Of a DNA stretch of 64,000 nt, positions 1-11,574 are shown piece after piece (position 1 is the first letter of the stretch; every line of letters starts with the position of its first letter). Source of the stretch: Squalus acanthias (lineage: Eukaryota); assembly GCA_030390025.1 (NCBI GenBank), contig CM059431.1, positions 144,462,001-144,526,000 of the forward strand, written 5' to 3'. A model generated the notes under the pieces. That model was not told the DNA's origin, did not search any database, and was given only the letters and a program-made list of their open reading frames with translations. The position numbers and the translations under genes were made by a program.

Positions 1-85
1 ATCATCCCAAGTTTGTATGCAAGGTCCAAAAATGACTCCCTTTAGGGCTCTGTTCGAGTTTCTGGGGGATTTTGCGAAGCCTACA

Positions 86-1166
86 TGTGTGAGATCAAGA
101 GTTTGACATCAGGATTGTGACATCAGGAGTGTGATATCTGGAGTGTGACATCAGACGTCTTACAGCTGGATGTGGAATCAGGAGTGTGACATCTGGAGTG
201 TGAGAGCTGGAGTGTGAGATCTGCTGTGTCACATCAGCAGTGTGAGATCTGGAATGTGACACCTTGAGTGCACCATCTGGAACGTGACACCGGTATTGTC
301 ACGTCTGGAGTGTGACATCACTGGTCTGACAGCTGGAGTGAGACATCTGGATTGTGACACCAGATATGTACCTTCTGGAACGTGACATGTTGCGAATGAC
401 ATCTGGAGTCAAATATCTGAAGTACAACATCAGGATTGTGACAGGAGGAGTGTGACATCTGGAGTGTGACATCACGAGTGTGACATCAAGAGTGTGAAAT
501 GTGGAGTTTGATATCTGGAGTGTGACATCTGGAGTGCTACATCAGCTGTGTGACATCATGACTTTGACATATGTAGTGAGAAACCTGGATTGCGAGATAA
601 GAATTGTAACATTATGTGTGTGACATCTGGAGATTGACATCTGTAGTGTGACATCTGCAGTGTTACATCTGGCGTGTTACAACTGGAGTGTGACAGCTGC
701 AGCATGCCGAAAGACGTATGACATTTGGATTGTGATATCCAGAGTGCGGCATCTGGTGTGTGAGAGCTGGAGTGTGACATCAGGTGTGTGACATCTGGAG
801 TGTGACATCTGCAGTGTGCCATATGGTGTGTGAAATCTTTATTGTGACATCCAGAGTGTGGCATCTAGTGTATGAGATCTGGAGTGTGACATCAGGATTG
901 TGACATCAGGAGTGTGACATCTGGAGTTTGACATATGGAGTTTGACATCAGGAATGTAACATCAGGAGTGTGACTTCTGCAGTGTGACATCTGGAGTGTG
1001 ACATTTGAGTGTGGTACATTGAGTCTGAGATCCGGAGTGTCACCTCATTAGTGTGACATGTTGCATAAGACATCAGGATTGTGAAATCATGTTTGTGACT
1101 TCTGGAGTGTGAGATCAGGAGTGTGACATGTGTGTGGCATCTGGAGTGTGACATCTGGGGTGTGAT
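86..1166. repeat. 14-bp tandem satellite, consensus about GGAGTGTGACATCT/CA (array 1)
   Basis: Diverged head-to-tail copies of ctggagtgtgacat. The minus-strand 'MSHSRCHTPDVTLQ' ORFs come from 3 x 14 bp = 14 codons. Confidence 0.95.
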
Positions 1167-2118
1167 ATGTTGTATGTCATATTCTGATTTTCTGATCTTG
1201 CACGGAAGGGTTGCGGTAGCCAAGCATTACTTCATCGATAGTGTAAACCGAATTGTGTGTTTTCGACCTCCTTTCATGCCTGCGTTAATTATGAATATTT
1301 CCAGCAACCTTTCCCGAGCAGCTCGTTACTTGTCCAGCCGCTCTATTTCTTACTGTCGCAGTTTTTGTGACAATCTGTGTGTATATATTTGGTTCCTGTT
1401 GAGCAATTCTATGGGAATCGCCATTCTTTGGTTCAAATTACAACCGAGGCAGATATATCATTGCACATCTTCCCTTCTTTGTCCCTGTGATTCTCAGATC
1501 TGACTGAGACAAAAATCTTGTAAAGGGCAAGGAGGGGGAGAAATTCCCAAAATGACTACAGGCATAATCAGCATAATTCCAGCCCAACAGGGAAGGACAT
1601 AGTGCTGGATCAAGTTCTGGGGAATAAAATGCGGCAAGTGCAGAATGTTTCTTCGGGAGAACTTCTGGAAAAAAATGATCATCATATCATTAGGCTTAGC
1701 TTAGCCATGGTATGCAAAAAAAAATAATCAAAGTTGAAGACACTCATCTGGAAGAGGGTTAATTTCAGTGAGTTGAAAGTGGATCTTGCCCAGGTGGATT
1801 GGAAACAAGGATTACCAGGTAATACAGTAATGGGCAATGGGTGGAGTACGAGGAGGAGATAGTTCGGGCTCAGACTAAGGGGGGAAAGAAGGGCATCCAA
1901 TGCTAGAGCTTCCTGGATGACTGAAGACATTAAGGCTATAATGTGTCATTGGATAAATATGAGGCTCTTGATACCATAGAGATTGAAGCAGAATACAGAA
2001 AGTGCAGAGTAAAACTTTAAAGGAAAATAAAAGGCGAAAAGAGAGTTTATGAGAAAAGATTAGTGGGTAACATAAAATAGAACACAAAAGTCTGTTAAAT
2101 ACATATGTAGATTTATAT

Positions 2119-2729
2119 AACAACAGAAAACTCTGGAAAAACTCATCAGGCGAGGCAGCATCCGTGGAGAGAGAAACAGAGTTAACGTTTCAGGTCGAAG
2201 ACCTTTCGTCAGAACTGGAAATAGCAGGAAATGGAATAGATTTAAGGCAAGGATAAAGCTGGAAAAAGGGGGAGGGGATGAAAGAACAAAAGGAGAGATT
2301 AAGAGACATTAAGATACATTAAGAGACGATCAAGGCCAGAGGAGTTGTTGATGTAACAGGTTGAGGCTAAATGAAGTGTGAAATGCACTGGCAGAATGAA
2401 GGACAGCTGCCAGCTTCTGGGAGGGAAAAAAAAGGGGGGGCAAACAAAAGGGTGGATGAAAAAATAAAATATAAATGTGATAGGGGCTGAGATTGTGATC
2501 TAAAATTGTTGAACTCGATATTGAGTCCAGAGGGCTGTAGGGTGCCTAAACGAAAGATGAGGTGCTGTTCCTCGAGCTTACGCTGCGCTTCTGTGGAACA
2601 ATGTAATAGTCCGAGGACGGTGAGTTCAGAGTGGGAATGAAGCGGATAATTTAAGTGACAGGCAACTGGGAGCTCGGGGTCCCCCTTACGGACTGAACGG
2701 AGGTGTTCCGCAAAGCTGTCACTCCACCA
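2119..2729 (-). mobile_element. 5'-truncated Penelope-like retroelement (GIY-YIG endonuclease C-terminus plus pseudo-LTR)
   Basis: Minus strand about 2726-2500 reads FAEHLRSVRKGDPELPVACHLN...RKLEEQHLIFRLGTLQPSGLNIEFNNF. A 10-bp TSD agatttatat lies at 2109-2118 and 2730-2739. Absent in copy B (about 24718). Confidence 0.9.
2180..2216 (-). ncRNA. Minimal type I hammerhead ribozyme motif in the Penelope pseudo-LTR
   Basis: Reverse complement is AGUU-CUGACGA-A-AGGUC(UUC)GACCU-GAAAC-GUU-AACU: core boxes CUGANGA and GAAA, stem II AGGUC/GACCU, stem I AGUU/AACU, palindromic ACGU stem III. Confidence 0.75.
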
Positions 2730-2934
2730 AGATTTATATGATCGTCAAAGGAAGGCCAAACTTCTTTTAGAGCTAGACGACATGGTTGAGTTATAAATAA
2801 GATTTTTCATCTGATTTCACTAAATAAGAGGATGCTGCAAATGTCACCGTAAAAGAGGAGGGGTGGAGAAATTGGATGGACGGGTCTATTGTGTGACGTG
2901 TCAACACACATTGTCAGCAGCACAAGAACTAGTG

Positions 2935-2992
2935 TGACGTCATCGGCGAGATAGTTCCGGTGCATTCCGGGTAAAAGCGCAGTGTGACGTCA
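2935..2992. promoter_or_regulatory. Promoter-like module: two full CRE palindromes flanking two ETS-type TTCCGG motifs (copy A)
   Basis: TGACGTCA at 2935-2942 and 2985-2992; TTCCGG at 2955-2960 and 2965-2970; CpG-rich context. All four motifs are retained in copy B. Confidence 0.55.
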
Positions 2993-3519
2993 GAGATCTA
3001 GCAACAGGATCACGAGACTCCGCCGCCCGGCTCCACAGCGCTGGTTCTGCAGGATACCCGGGGCTGAATGTTCCGCAATGGGGCGCTGGGGAAATACACA
3101 GACAGGAGTGCCCAGGCTGGGGCTCAGTCTGGGCTGCAGTGGGACACTGACAATTACACTCAGTAATCCTGGACTTGGAAGTAACATTACCCAGTGTTCC
3201 CGCTCAGTTTCTGTGCCTAGTGACGCTGCTGGGAAGTGAACCTGTGTGGATTCAGGATGAGGATAGGGTCTGTTCAGCTGTCATTGGTCCCACCAATTAA
3301 TAGGGATCAATACTCACTCTATATGGTACCCCAGGAGAGTATCCTACTGAGGGTGGCTCCTGAGGATGGTGCACCCATGAAATCGGATGGCACCATTTTA
3401 TGCAGTGCATTCCAGATCATATCAATTAAATTGCTCTATTTTAATGGGGGAGCAGGAAAAGAGAGACCCGGGATTTCACATACACACATCTTTGAAAGTG
3501 ACATGATAAGATGATAATA

Positions 3520-4022
3520 TTAGAGGCATATAATACAAAAGTAAATAATTTATGCTAAACCTTAAAAGGCCTCAGTTCTGGTACCACGCTTTAGGAAGGA
3601 TGTCAAGGACTTACAAAGGCTTCAGAGCAGATTTATTAGAATGGTAATAGGGATGAGGAACTTCACTTATGTGAAGACGCTAAAGAAGCTGGGATTATTC
3701 TCCTTAGAGAAGAGAAGTTTATGCGGAGAATTAATTGAGGTGTTAAAAATTCTGAGGGGTTTTCATACAGTAAATGAGGAGAAATTGTTTCAACTGGCAG
3801 AAGGGTCGGCAACCAGAGAATATGTTCTGGAATGCATGACCTGAAAGAATGTTGCAAGCAGATTCCTTATTCAATTTCAACAGGGAATTGGATATATAAT
3901 TGAAATTGCAGTGCGATGGGGAACAAGCTGGCGAGTGGGACTAGTTGGAGAGCTCTTTCAAAGAGCAGGACACAGACACGATGGGCCGAATGGCCTCCTC
4001 TGTGCTGTATGATTCTACGATT
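3520..4022 (+). mobile_element. CR1 LINE 3' fragment (paralog about 25510-26020)
   Basis: LKKLGLFSLEKRSLCGELIEVLKILRG remnant and CR1 tail atgggccgaatggcctcctctgtgctgtatgattctacgatt. Confidence 0.85.
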
Positions 4023-4187
4023 CAAATCAGAGGGGGTGGGGTTGTAAATCATAGCTTTGAAAACTCAACTCGCATCAAAACGACATGAATCAGCTATTGG
4101 GAAATGTAAAGGAAACGCTAGGAGTCGGAAGATACTGCACTCAAACTTCATATTTGAGCAACATTTGAGTAGGACAGCGAGATCCAG

Positions 4188-4354
4188 GCGCACATGCGCG
4201 CTGACACTTCCTGGAGGGCCCCACTCAGAGCCTGGGGAGCGGAGAGAAAGGCGCAGAGACCGGCCCAATCCCCCAGCACCAGAGTATTGACTGGGGACGG
4301 GAGCCGCTCAGACGGGATCGAAGGTTGCTTCAGTCTTTACAATCGTTGAATTGG
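4188..4354 (+). other. Candidate promoter and non-coding first exon of the PYD gene (copy A)
   Basis: CpG-rich segment with NRF1-like gcgcacatgcgc and ETS-like acttcc, ending in a consensus donor TGG|GTGAGT at 4355-4360. The donor is conserved in B at 26354-26359. Confidence 0.45.
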
Positions 4355-5769
4355 GTGAGTTACTGAGAATGTCTGAGTGTGGGATGGAAAAAAGGTCGTC
4401 GGGAAGGGAAGGAGAGCATGAAAGTGACGGAGAGGTGGAAGGGATGTGAAGGTCAAAGGGGCGCCTTAGTTATTTGGACTCGGAGCCTAATGTTATGTAA
4501 AAGTTAATATATGCCTGCATTAAGTGCAGAACTCTTCATAAAAATCTGTGGCGCTTTCTGCGTATTAGAATCATAGAATACTGTCGCAGATTCTTACAGC
4601 ACAGGAGGAGGTCATTCGGCCCATCGTGCCTGTGCATCTTTTTCATAGAGCTACGCAAGTAGTTCCACTCCCCTGCCCAGTAATATTTTCAATGCGTATA
4701 TATATCCAATTCCCGTTTGAAAGTTAATATTGAATCTGCTTCCTCCGCCCATTCAGGCAGTGCATTCCAGATCATAACAACTCGCTGTGTAATAACAATC
4801 TCTACATCACCCTCCCCTTTTATGCCAATTATCTTAAATTTGTGACTTGTGGTTATCGATACATTTCATTCTTAAAACGATGTCCTAACCTTCCTTGTAT
4901 TGATTAATAAATACCTTTAATTTTACTTAACAGGTGTAAATTGTGGATCAAGTTTTATTTTGTGTTTTCAAAATATCAGTGAGAGGAAGAATCTTTAATT
5001 TGAAAGTATAGCGTGCCCAGGTGCTTTAATATTACAAAGCGACAAATATAAATAATATCATTGTTAAGAAATGGCGGGGATATATATAGATGTTTTGAAA
5101 TACAACTAAAAGTGAAGTAACACACATTCCCAAACACTTAATTTTCCAATTTGGCGGTTGTAATTCGTAAGCAAGCGTGAAAAACTGTTGCATCGCGAGC
5201 CTCTGCTGACTGCGGTTTGCAACCTGCGGAATGGCGTTAAAAGTAGGTCACATTTCTCCATCTACGGACACCGGTTCTCGGTAGAAATTAGACGGCGAGC
5301 AAAGTTGAAAAATGAAACCTAACGCGGAGAATCAATCAAAACTAAAATTTCAAAACTGCTCGGGACCCCATAATCCTCAAGTGGAGGTTCGGGCGATTTG
5401 AACTCCAGTGCCATTTTAATCAAAACACAGCGGCTTTGAAAAAACGTTCTTGTAAAATAAAACTGAAGGGGTCTCAACATCTGTATGCACGAGCTAATAC
5501 AAAGTGAAATCAAAATGCTGCAACTAGCAGAGACAGAAGCAAAGGTTTCCCTTTGTGGGCAAGTCACTTCCTCCTACTTTGGCTCGATATGCAAAAGATG
5601 TTTTTGCACTTCACACGTAGGCAGCACTTGCTGTGTCTGAAGCAACGTCTGATAAGGGACTAGGGTCTTTGTCAATTTAACTTGTTAAATACCAGTCTGT
5701 ATAGAAGTGCAGAAGATTTCGATGGCTAAAGGTTAGATTTCAACATCCTGCTGCTTCGCCTCCACAGAA

Positions 5770-6190
5770 AACCGCACACATGCTCACTCAGAATCACTCA
5801 CTGATATACAGAAGCATCCTTTATCTTTCTCTCTGACTCTCTTACATACACAGATATACATACACAGTTACTCTGATATATACACACGTACACTTTCTCT
5901 AAGTCTCTCGCACAGACACAAAGACTGACAGTCACTCGCTTCCTCTATCTCTGCCTCACACATACATTCACTTACTGATATACACACGCATTCTCTCTCT
6001 GTCTATGTCTAATTTTCTCTCTCTTACACACACACTCACTCAAGTTACTCAGTGAGGTATATATGCATCCTTTGTCTCTGTCTGTGTGTGTGTGTGCCTC
6101 TCTCTCACACACATGCACACACACAGACACAGAGTCACTCTCTGATACATAAGCATTTTCTATCTCTGTCGCTCTCTCACACACACACAA
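5770..6190. repeat. Compound (CA)n/(CT)n low-complexity region (paralog about 27760-28420)
   Basis: Interspersed ca, ct and tg dinucleotide runs. Confidence 0.85.
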
Positions 6191-6394
6191 AGGAGATCTT
6201 TAAATATCGCAGACTGATTCATTTAGAACACAGGAGCCGGAAGGAGCTCTATCGGATCGTAGCACCTTGTACTCCGTACTAACAAATAATTAGGCCCGAA
6301 GACAATAGAAAATCTTTCTACTTTAAACGGCACTGATTGCAAACAGACCTTGCTTAACAGTGAGCTTTTATTTAACTGTGGCCTAGTCTTCCAA

Positions 6395-7330
6395 TCATAG
6401 AATCAAAAATTTTAAGGCACAGACGGAGGCCATTCGGCCCATCGTGTCTGTGCCGGCCGAAAACGAGCTATCCAGCCTAATCCCACTTTCCAGCTCTTGG
6501 TCCATAGCCTTGTAGGTTATGGATCTTCAAGTGCATATTCAAGTACATTTTAAATGCGATGAGGTTTACTGCCTCTACCACCCTTTCAGGCAATGAGTTC
6601 CAGGCCCCACCACCCTCTGGGTGAAAAAATGTCTCCTCAACTCCTTTTACCGATTGCTTTAAATCTACGCCCCCTGATTATTGACCTCTCTGCAAATGGA
6701 AGTAGGTCCTTATTATCCACTCTATCTAGGCCCTTCCTATCCACTCTATCTAGGTCCCTCATAATTATATGCACATCAATTAAGGCTCCCCTCAGCCTCC
6801 TCCAATCCAATCTTTCATCATATTTAAAGTTCTCCAGTCCTGGCAACAACCTCGTAATCTTCTCTGAAACCCTCTCTGGTGCAGTTACATCTTTCCTGTA
6901 ATGTGGTGACCAGAACTGTACACAGTATCCTAACTATGTTTTATACAGTTTATACCGCTCTTATATTCTATCCCTCGACTAATAAAGGAAAGTATCCCGT
7001 ATGCATTCTTAACCACCTTATCTACCTGTCCTGCTACATTCAGCGATCTGTGGACATGCACTCAGTTCCTCTACACTTCTCGGTATCCTACCATTTATTG
7101 TGTATTCCCTTGCATTGCTATTCCTACCCAAATGCATTAACTCACACTTCTCCAGATTGAATTCCATTTGCCACTTGTGTGCCCACCTGACCAGTCCATT
7201 GATATCTTCCTACAATCTGCTGCTTTCTTCTTCATATCAACCACACGGACAATTTTTGTATATTTTGCAAACTTGTTAATCAAGCCCCCTACATTGCAGT
7301 CTAAATCATTGATATATACCACAACAAGCA
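6395..7330 (-). mobile_element. CR1 LINE 3' part, RT C-terminus to tail (paralog about 28623-29610)
   Basis: YINDLDCNVGGLINKFA and MLPGLENFKYDERLD remnants; tail catagaatc...ggaggccattcggcccatc. Confidence 0.9.
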
Positions 7331-7342
7331 AGGGAGCTAGTA

Positions 7343-8120
7343 GGTTGCAGCTGTGGCTCAGTGGGTAGCAAATCTCACCGCTGAATCAGAATGTCATAAA
7401 TTCAATCCCCCCCACCCCTCCCGACAAAGACTGGAGCCCGAAATCTATGCCGACATTCGCAGTACCGATACTGAGGCATTGCTGCATTTTCATAGAAACA
7501 TAGAATCTAGGAGCAGGAGTAGGCCATTCGGCCCGTCGAGCCTGCTCCACCATTCAATATGATCATGGCTGATCATCCAAGTCCAGTACCCTGTCCCTGC
7601 TTTAATCCCCACAGTACACATATCCCACCCTACCCCCGTAACCCCACGTATTTAATTCCCCCTAACATATCCCATCCTATTCCCATAACCCCACATATTT
7701 AACCCCCGCCTAACACTAAGGGTCAATTTATCATAGCCAAATCAACCTAACCCGCACATTTTTGGACTGTGGGAGGAAACCGGAGCACCCGGAGGAAACC
7801 CACGCAGACACGGGGAGAATGTGCAAACTCCACACAGACAGTCACCCGAGGTCAGATTCGAACCCGGGTCCGTGACTCTGGGAGGCACCAGTGCTAACCA
7901 CTATTCCACCGTGTTGCCCGAAAGTGTCGATTTTCTGCTGAGACTATAAACATACTCCCCGTATAACCTTTGAGGTGGACGTAAAGGATCCCACGGCACT
8001 ATTGCAAAAGGAAATAGGAGTGTTTTTCCAGGCATCCTAGCTAATATTTATCCCTCAACCAGCATCGCTGAAACAGATGAGCTGGTCATTTACTTTGCTG
8101 TTGTGTGCTGAAGCTTGCAT
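7343..8120 (+). mobile_element. tRNA-headed DeuSINE (SacSINE1-like), interrupted by an HE1-type SINE
   Basis: Head gcagctgtggctcagtgggtagca followed by Deu-domain-like ggtggacgtaaaggatcccacggcactatt...ctaatatttatccctcaaccagcatc. Family name is from recall, not a search. Confidence 0.7.
7491..7919 (-). mobile_element. HE1-like V-SINE (tRNA head, V-domain core, CR1-type tail)
   Basis: Minus strand begins gggcaacacggtggaatagtggttagcact...gggttcgaatc (A and B boxes), has the core tgtgtggagtttgcacattctccccgtgtctgcgtgggtttcctccggg and ends in a CR1-like ttctatgtttctatg tail. Confidence 0.85.
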
Positions 8121-9303
8121 TTCCTCTCTGTTCGAACTTACTGATCTCCCAGTACATACCTGTTGGACCATTTATCTTTACTCATGAATTGCTACAGCTT
8201 TTGAACTCGGGATGCAACACAGGCAAGACTCCTGTTGCTGTTCATCCCGGGACTGGCATCGCTTGCCGGCACCTAGGTTGGTGGTAGCAGGGTCCCTTCC
8301 CTGTAGGAATTATTGAGCTAATTCGATTTTGACACCACGGTTTTTACGACAGCTTTGATGGTTACAATGTTGGTGCAAGGTTTATCACATTCAGCTTCAT
8401 AACTTGCATTGGTAGGATTATGAACTCAAGACCTCTGGATTGCGAGTCCAGTGCTATAACCGCTAAACTATCGTAGCATTCGTTAAAGTACCGAAATGAT
8501 CTAACACAATCACCATCTATTTCCAACCACAGAAGGAGAGGCTTTATCCACAGCATGTGGAGTTGATTTGACTAAAAGACCCAATGGGTTAAAGGTCAGT
8601 GTTGTCCCACTGCCGACTAATTCCTCCTCAGAGAGACGAATACTTTAGCTCCTCTCTCTGGGGCTGTTTTTTAACCCGGGTACCACAGGATAAAGAATCA
8701 GTATATGACTCTCTGCCCATCCCATTGTCCAACCAGAGAGAGGAGCCCTTCAGCCCTTCTCTCTGCTACTTGACTTGACCCCAATTCTCAGAGGGTGAAA
8801 GGTCAGTTTCTGATTCCTCCCAGTCTCTCTTAATGTATTACAGATTTCCATGATAACTGGGAGTTAACAACGTAAGAGAGCCCTAGGGCTGTAACTAAAC
8901 ATTTTTGTTGGATGAAGTACAAATATTGAACTGCTAATTACAATTTATAACGCTCAGAAACCCTAATAGTCTCCAGAAAATGAGTTGCATACTTAGGACT
9001 GAGAGGATGAGGAATTCTCTACCCCAGAGGGCTGTGGATGCTCAGTCGATGAGTATATTCAAGAGTAAGATCGATAGATTTTCGACAACAAGTTAATCAA
9101 GAGATATGGGGATAGGGAGGTAAAGTGAAGTTAATGTAGAAGATCAGCCATGATCTTACTGAATGGCGGAGCAGGCTCGAGGAGCTGTATGGCCAACTCC
9201 TGCTACTATTTCTTATGTTCTCAAACGCCATTGTATCATATACCAGAAACATAGTCTTACAGTATAATACATCTCCTTTGTTTTCATTTAATTAGATTGT
9301 CAG

Positions 9304-9536
9304 GAGATCATGTTTCGAGTTGAAGATATTCTAGAGGAACTGAAAGCCGATGAGCTGAAAAAGTTCAAACACCTATAGGCAGAGCATGGAATCCCGGCTG
9401 GGAAAATCGAGAAAGCTGACGCTTGCAATCTAGCGGATGTGATCAAGAAAACGTTTGGGGACGAAGAAATGCGTTTAGCTGTGATTATGAGTGCTCTAAA
9501 CAGAATTCCTCGCATGGATTTGTTGGAAATGTGCAG
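9304..9536 (+). pseudogene. Pyrin-domain (PYD) exon, copy A, inactivated
   Basis: Acceptor ...attagattgtcag|, ATG at 9310, MFRVEDILEELKADELKKFKHL*AEHGIPAGKIEKADACNLADVIKKTFGDEEMRLAVIMSALNRIPRMDLL. In-frame TAG at 9376-9378, and 1 nt shorter than copy B before the donor AG|GTAATT. Confidence 0.85.
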
Positions 9537-9729
9537 GTAATTTCCATTTTCCTCTTTTGCGATACTTTCTCGGTCGCCCAGTCACGACAAACAATTAGGA
9601 ATTAGAAGAATTTTGGCTTTGGGATGGTCAACTGTAGAGGAACAACAGAGGATAACAAATGCCGCTCGTTGGAGTTAAAAGTTCAGTATAATATCCAATG
9701 TTATGTTTTAAAAAAATATTCTGTTGATG

Positions 9730-10470
9730 TCAGCCTCGCTGGCAAAGCCACCATTTATTGACCATCCCTAATTGCCCTTGAGAAGGTCGTGGTGAGCCGC
9801 CTTCTTGAACCGCTGCAGTCCATATGTTGAGACAATCCCACAGTGCTGTTAGGGAGGGAGTTCCAGGATTTTGACAAAGCGACGATGAAGCAACGGTGAT
9901 ATATTTCCAATTTAGGTTGGTGTGTAACTTGGAGAGGAATTGGAGTTGATGGTGTTCACATACGTCTGCTGCCCTTGTCCTTCTCGGTGTTAGTGGTCGT
10001 GGATTGAAAGCTTCTGTCGAAAAATCCTTGGCGAGTTTTTGCAAACCATTTTATAGCTGCTACTCACAGCAGCCGCGATGCGACGGTGGTGGAGGGAGTG
10101 AATGTTCAATATGGTGGATGGAGTGCTCATCAAGCGGACTGTATTCTCGATGATGTCGAGATTCTTGAGTGTTGTTGGAGCTGCATCTCATACAGACAAT
10201 TGGAGAGTATTCCATCACACTCCTGGCTTGTGACTTGTGGGTGGTGAAAAGGCTTTGTGGAATCAGGAGGTGAGAAACTCGCCACAGAATAACACGCCTC
10301 TCACCTGCTCCAGCACCATGGCATTTATGTGGCTGGTGCAGTTGAGATTCTGGCCAAAGTAGCTCCATACGCTTTTGATGGTGGGCGAATTGGGCGATGG
10401 TAATGACATTGAATGTCAAGGGGAGATTGTTAGGCTCACTATTTTTGGAGATGTTCATTGCCCGGCACGT
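9730..10470 (-). mobile_element. Non-LTR retrotransposon (CR1-group) 3' fragment (paralog about 31520-32260)
   Basis: Remnant ILWRVSHLLIPQSLFTTHKSQARSVMEYSP resembles the LINE C-terminal motif LYKA.VRP.LEY. Confidence 0.75.
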
Positions 10471-10809
10471 GTGCGGTGCCACCAAATCATTCTTGGGATG
10501 CATCGATGCCGGCAAGGCCAGTATTATACACTTAAAGCCCTCAGGGCAACTCGGTATGAATAATATATGCTGCACTTCCAGTGTCGCCACGCCACAAGAG
10601 CAAATCAAAAGCAAGGACCATGATTAGCCGTCAGGCATTCTTGGCTAACACATACAGCCTTCAAATCCGGATGGTTCCCAAGAATGGCCTGTGCGGACAC
10701 AACGGAATTCCTGCCCAAATTACAGAGGCCCTACTGGGAGAATCCCAGAGGAATTATTTAGAGCAGAGAAGGTTACGTGAACATTTAATAGACGTGTTCA
10801 AAATCTGAT

Positions 10810-11220
10810 AAAGCATTTATTTAGCACCTTTCACAACCTCGGGGCTTGCCAAAGTGCTTTACAGACAATTAATTACTTTATGAAATGTAGTCACTGCTGT
10901 AATGTGACAGGGAACGTGACAGGCAATTTGCACACAGCAAGCTCCCACAAACAGCAATGGGATATTGACCAGATAATCTGTGTTCAGTGATGTTGGTTGC
11001 TGGATAAATAATGGCCAAGGAAACACGGGAGAATTCCCCTGCTCTACTTCGAATTAACCATGGGATATTTTACATCCCTCCGAGAGGGCAGATGTGACCT
11101 CGTGTTACCGTCTCATCTGAAGTACGGCACCACTGCTCGTGCAGCGCTTCAAGTTTCTGGAGCGGGACCTGAACCCACGACCTGCAGACTCGTGAGGGAA
11201 ATACACTGAGCTATGGCTGA
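10810..11220 (-). mobile_element. DeuSINE (SacSINE1-like) copy (paralog about 32615-33025)
   Basis: gcatttatttagcacctttcac (tail), gcaagctcccacaaacagcaat and gggatattttacatccctccgagagggcaga (Deu core), antisense to the 7343 copy. Confidence 0.75.
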
Positions 11221-11574
11221 TCCCCAGAATAAAGAAGGAGAAAGCGTTCACATTGGCAGGTGCGTCGAGAAACAAAAGGCACAGATTTAAGGCAATTGGT
11301 AAAACCAACAGAGGGGGTGATGAGGAGATGGAATTTTTACACAGCGAGTTCTTATGGTCTGAAATGCACTGCCTGAAAGGGTCGTAGAAGCAGATTCAAT
11401 AGGAACTTTCAAAAGGAAATTGGATAAATACTTTAAAAGGATAATTAATGTTGGGCTAGCGGAAAAGAGCACTGAGTGAGACTGATGGGTTAGCTCTTTC
11501 AAAGTGCCGACACGGACACGATGGGCCGAATCGTCTCCTTCTGTGCTGTATCATTATATGATTTCACTCCGATC

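Larger units (their letters stand above)
1560..2880 (+). mobile_element. Degraded CR1 LINE ORF2 fragment (endonuclease-RT linker), interrupted by a Penelope insertion in copy A
   Basis: Remnant translation such as LIWKRANFSELKVDLAQVDWKQ resembles the CR1 ORF2 at 43144-45054. Many stops and frameshifts. Confidence 0.7.

Noticed and set aside
556..1223. His/Ser/Cys/Thr-rich ORFs (MSHSRCHTPDVTLQ repeats), also throughout 20630-24061
   Set aside because: They are translations of the 14-bp satellite, with frequent stops and no splice or domain evidence.
5319..5567. Cys-containing minus-strand ORF shared by both duplicates (27304-27600)
   Set aside because: No recognisable zinc-finger or B-box spacing, and copy A has an upstream stop. 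Sharing is explained by recent duplication.
6713..6760. 24-bp duplication in a CR1 fragment (2 copies in A, 3 in B at about 28945-29015)
   Set aside because: Ordinary slippage in dead LINE sequence, useful only as a paralog marker.
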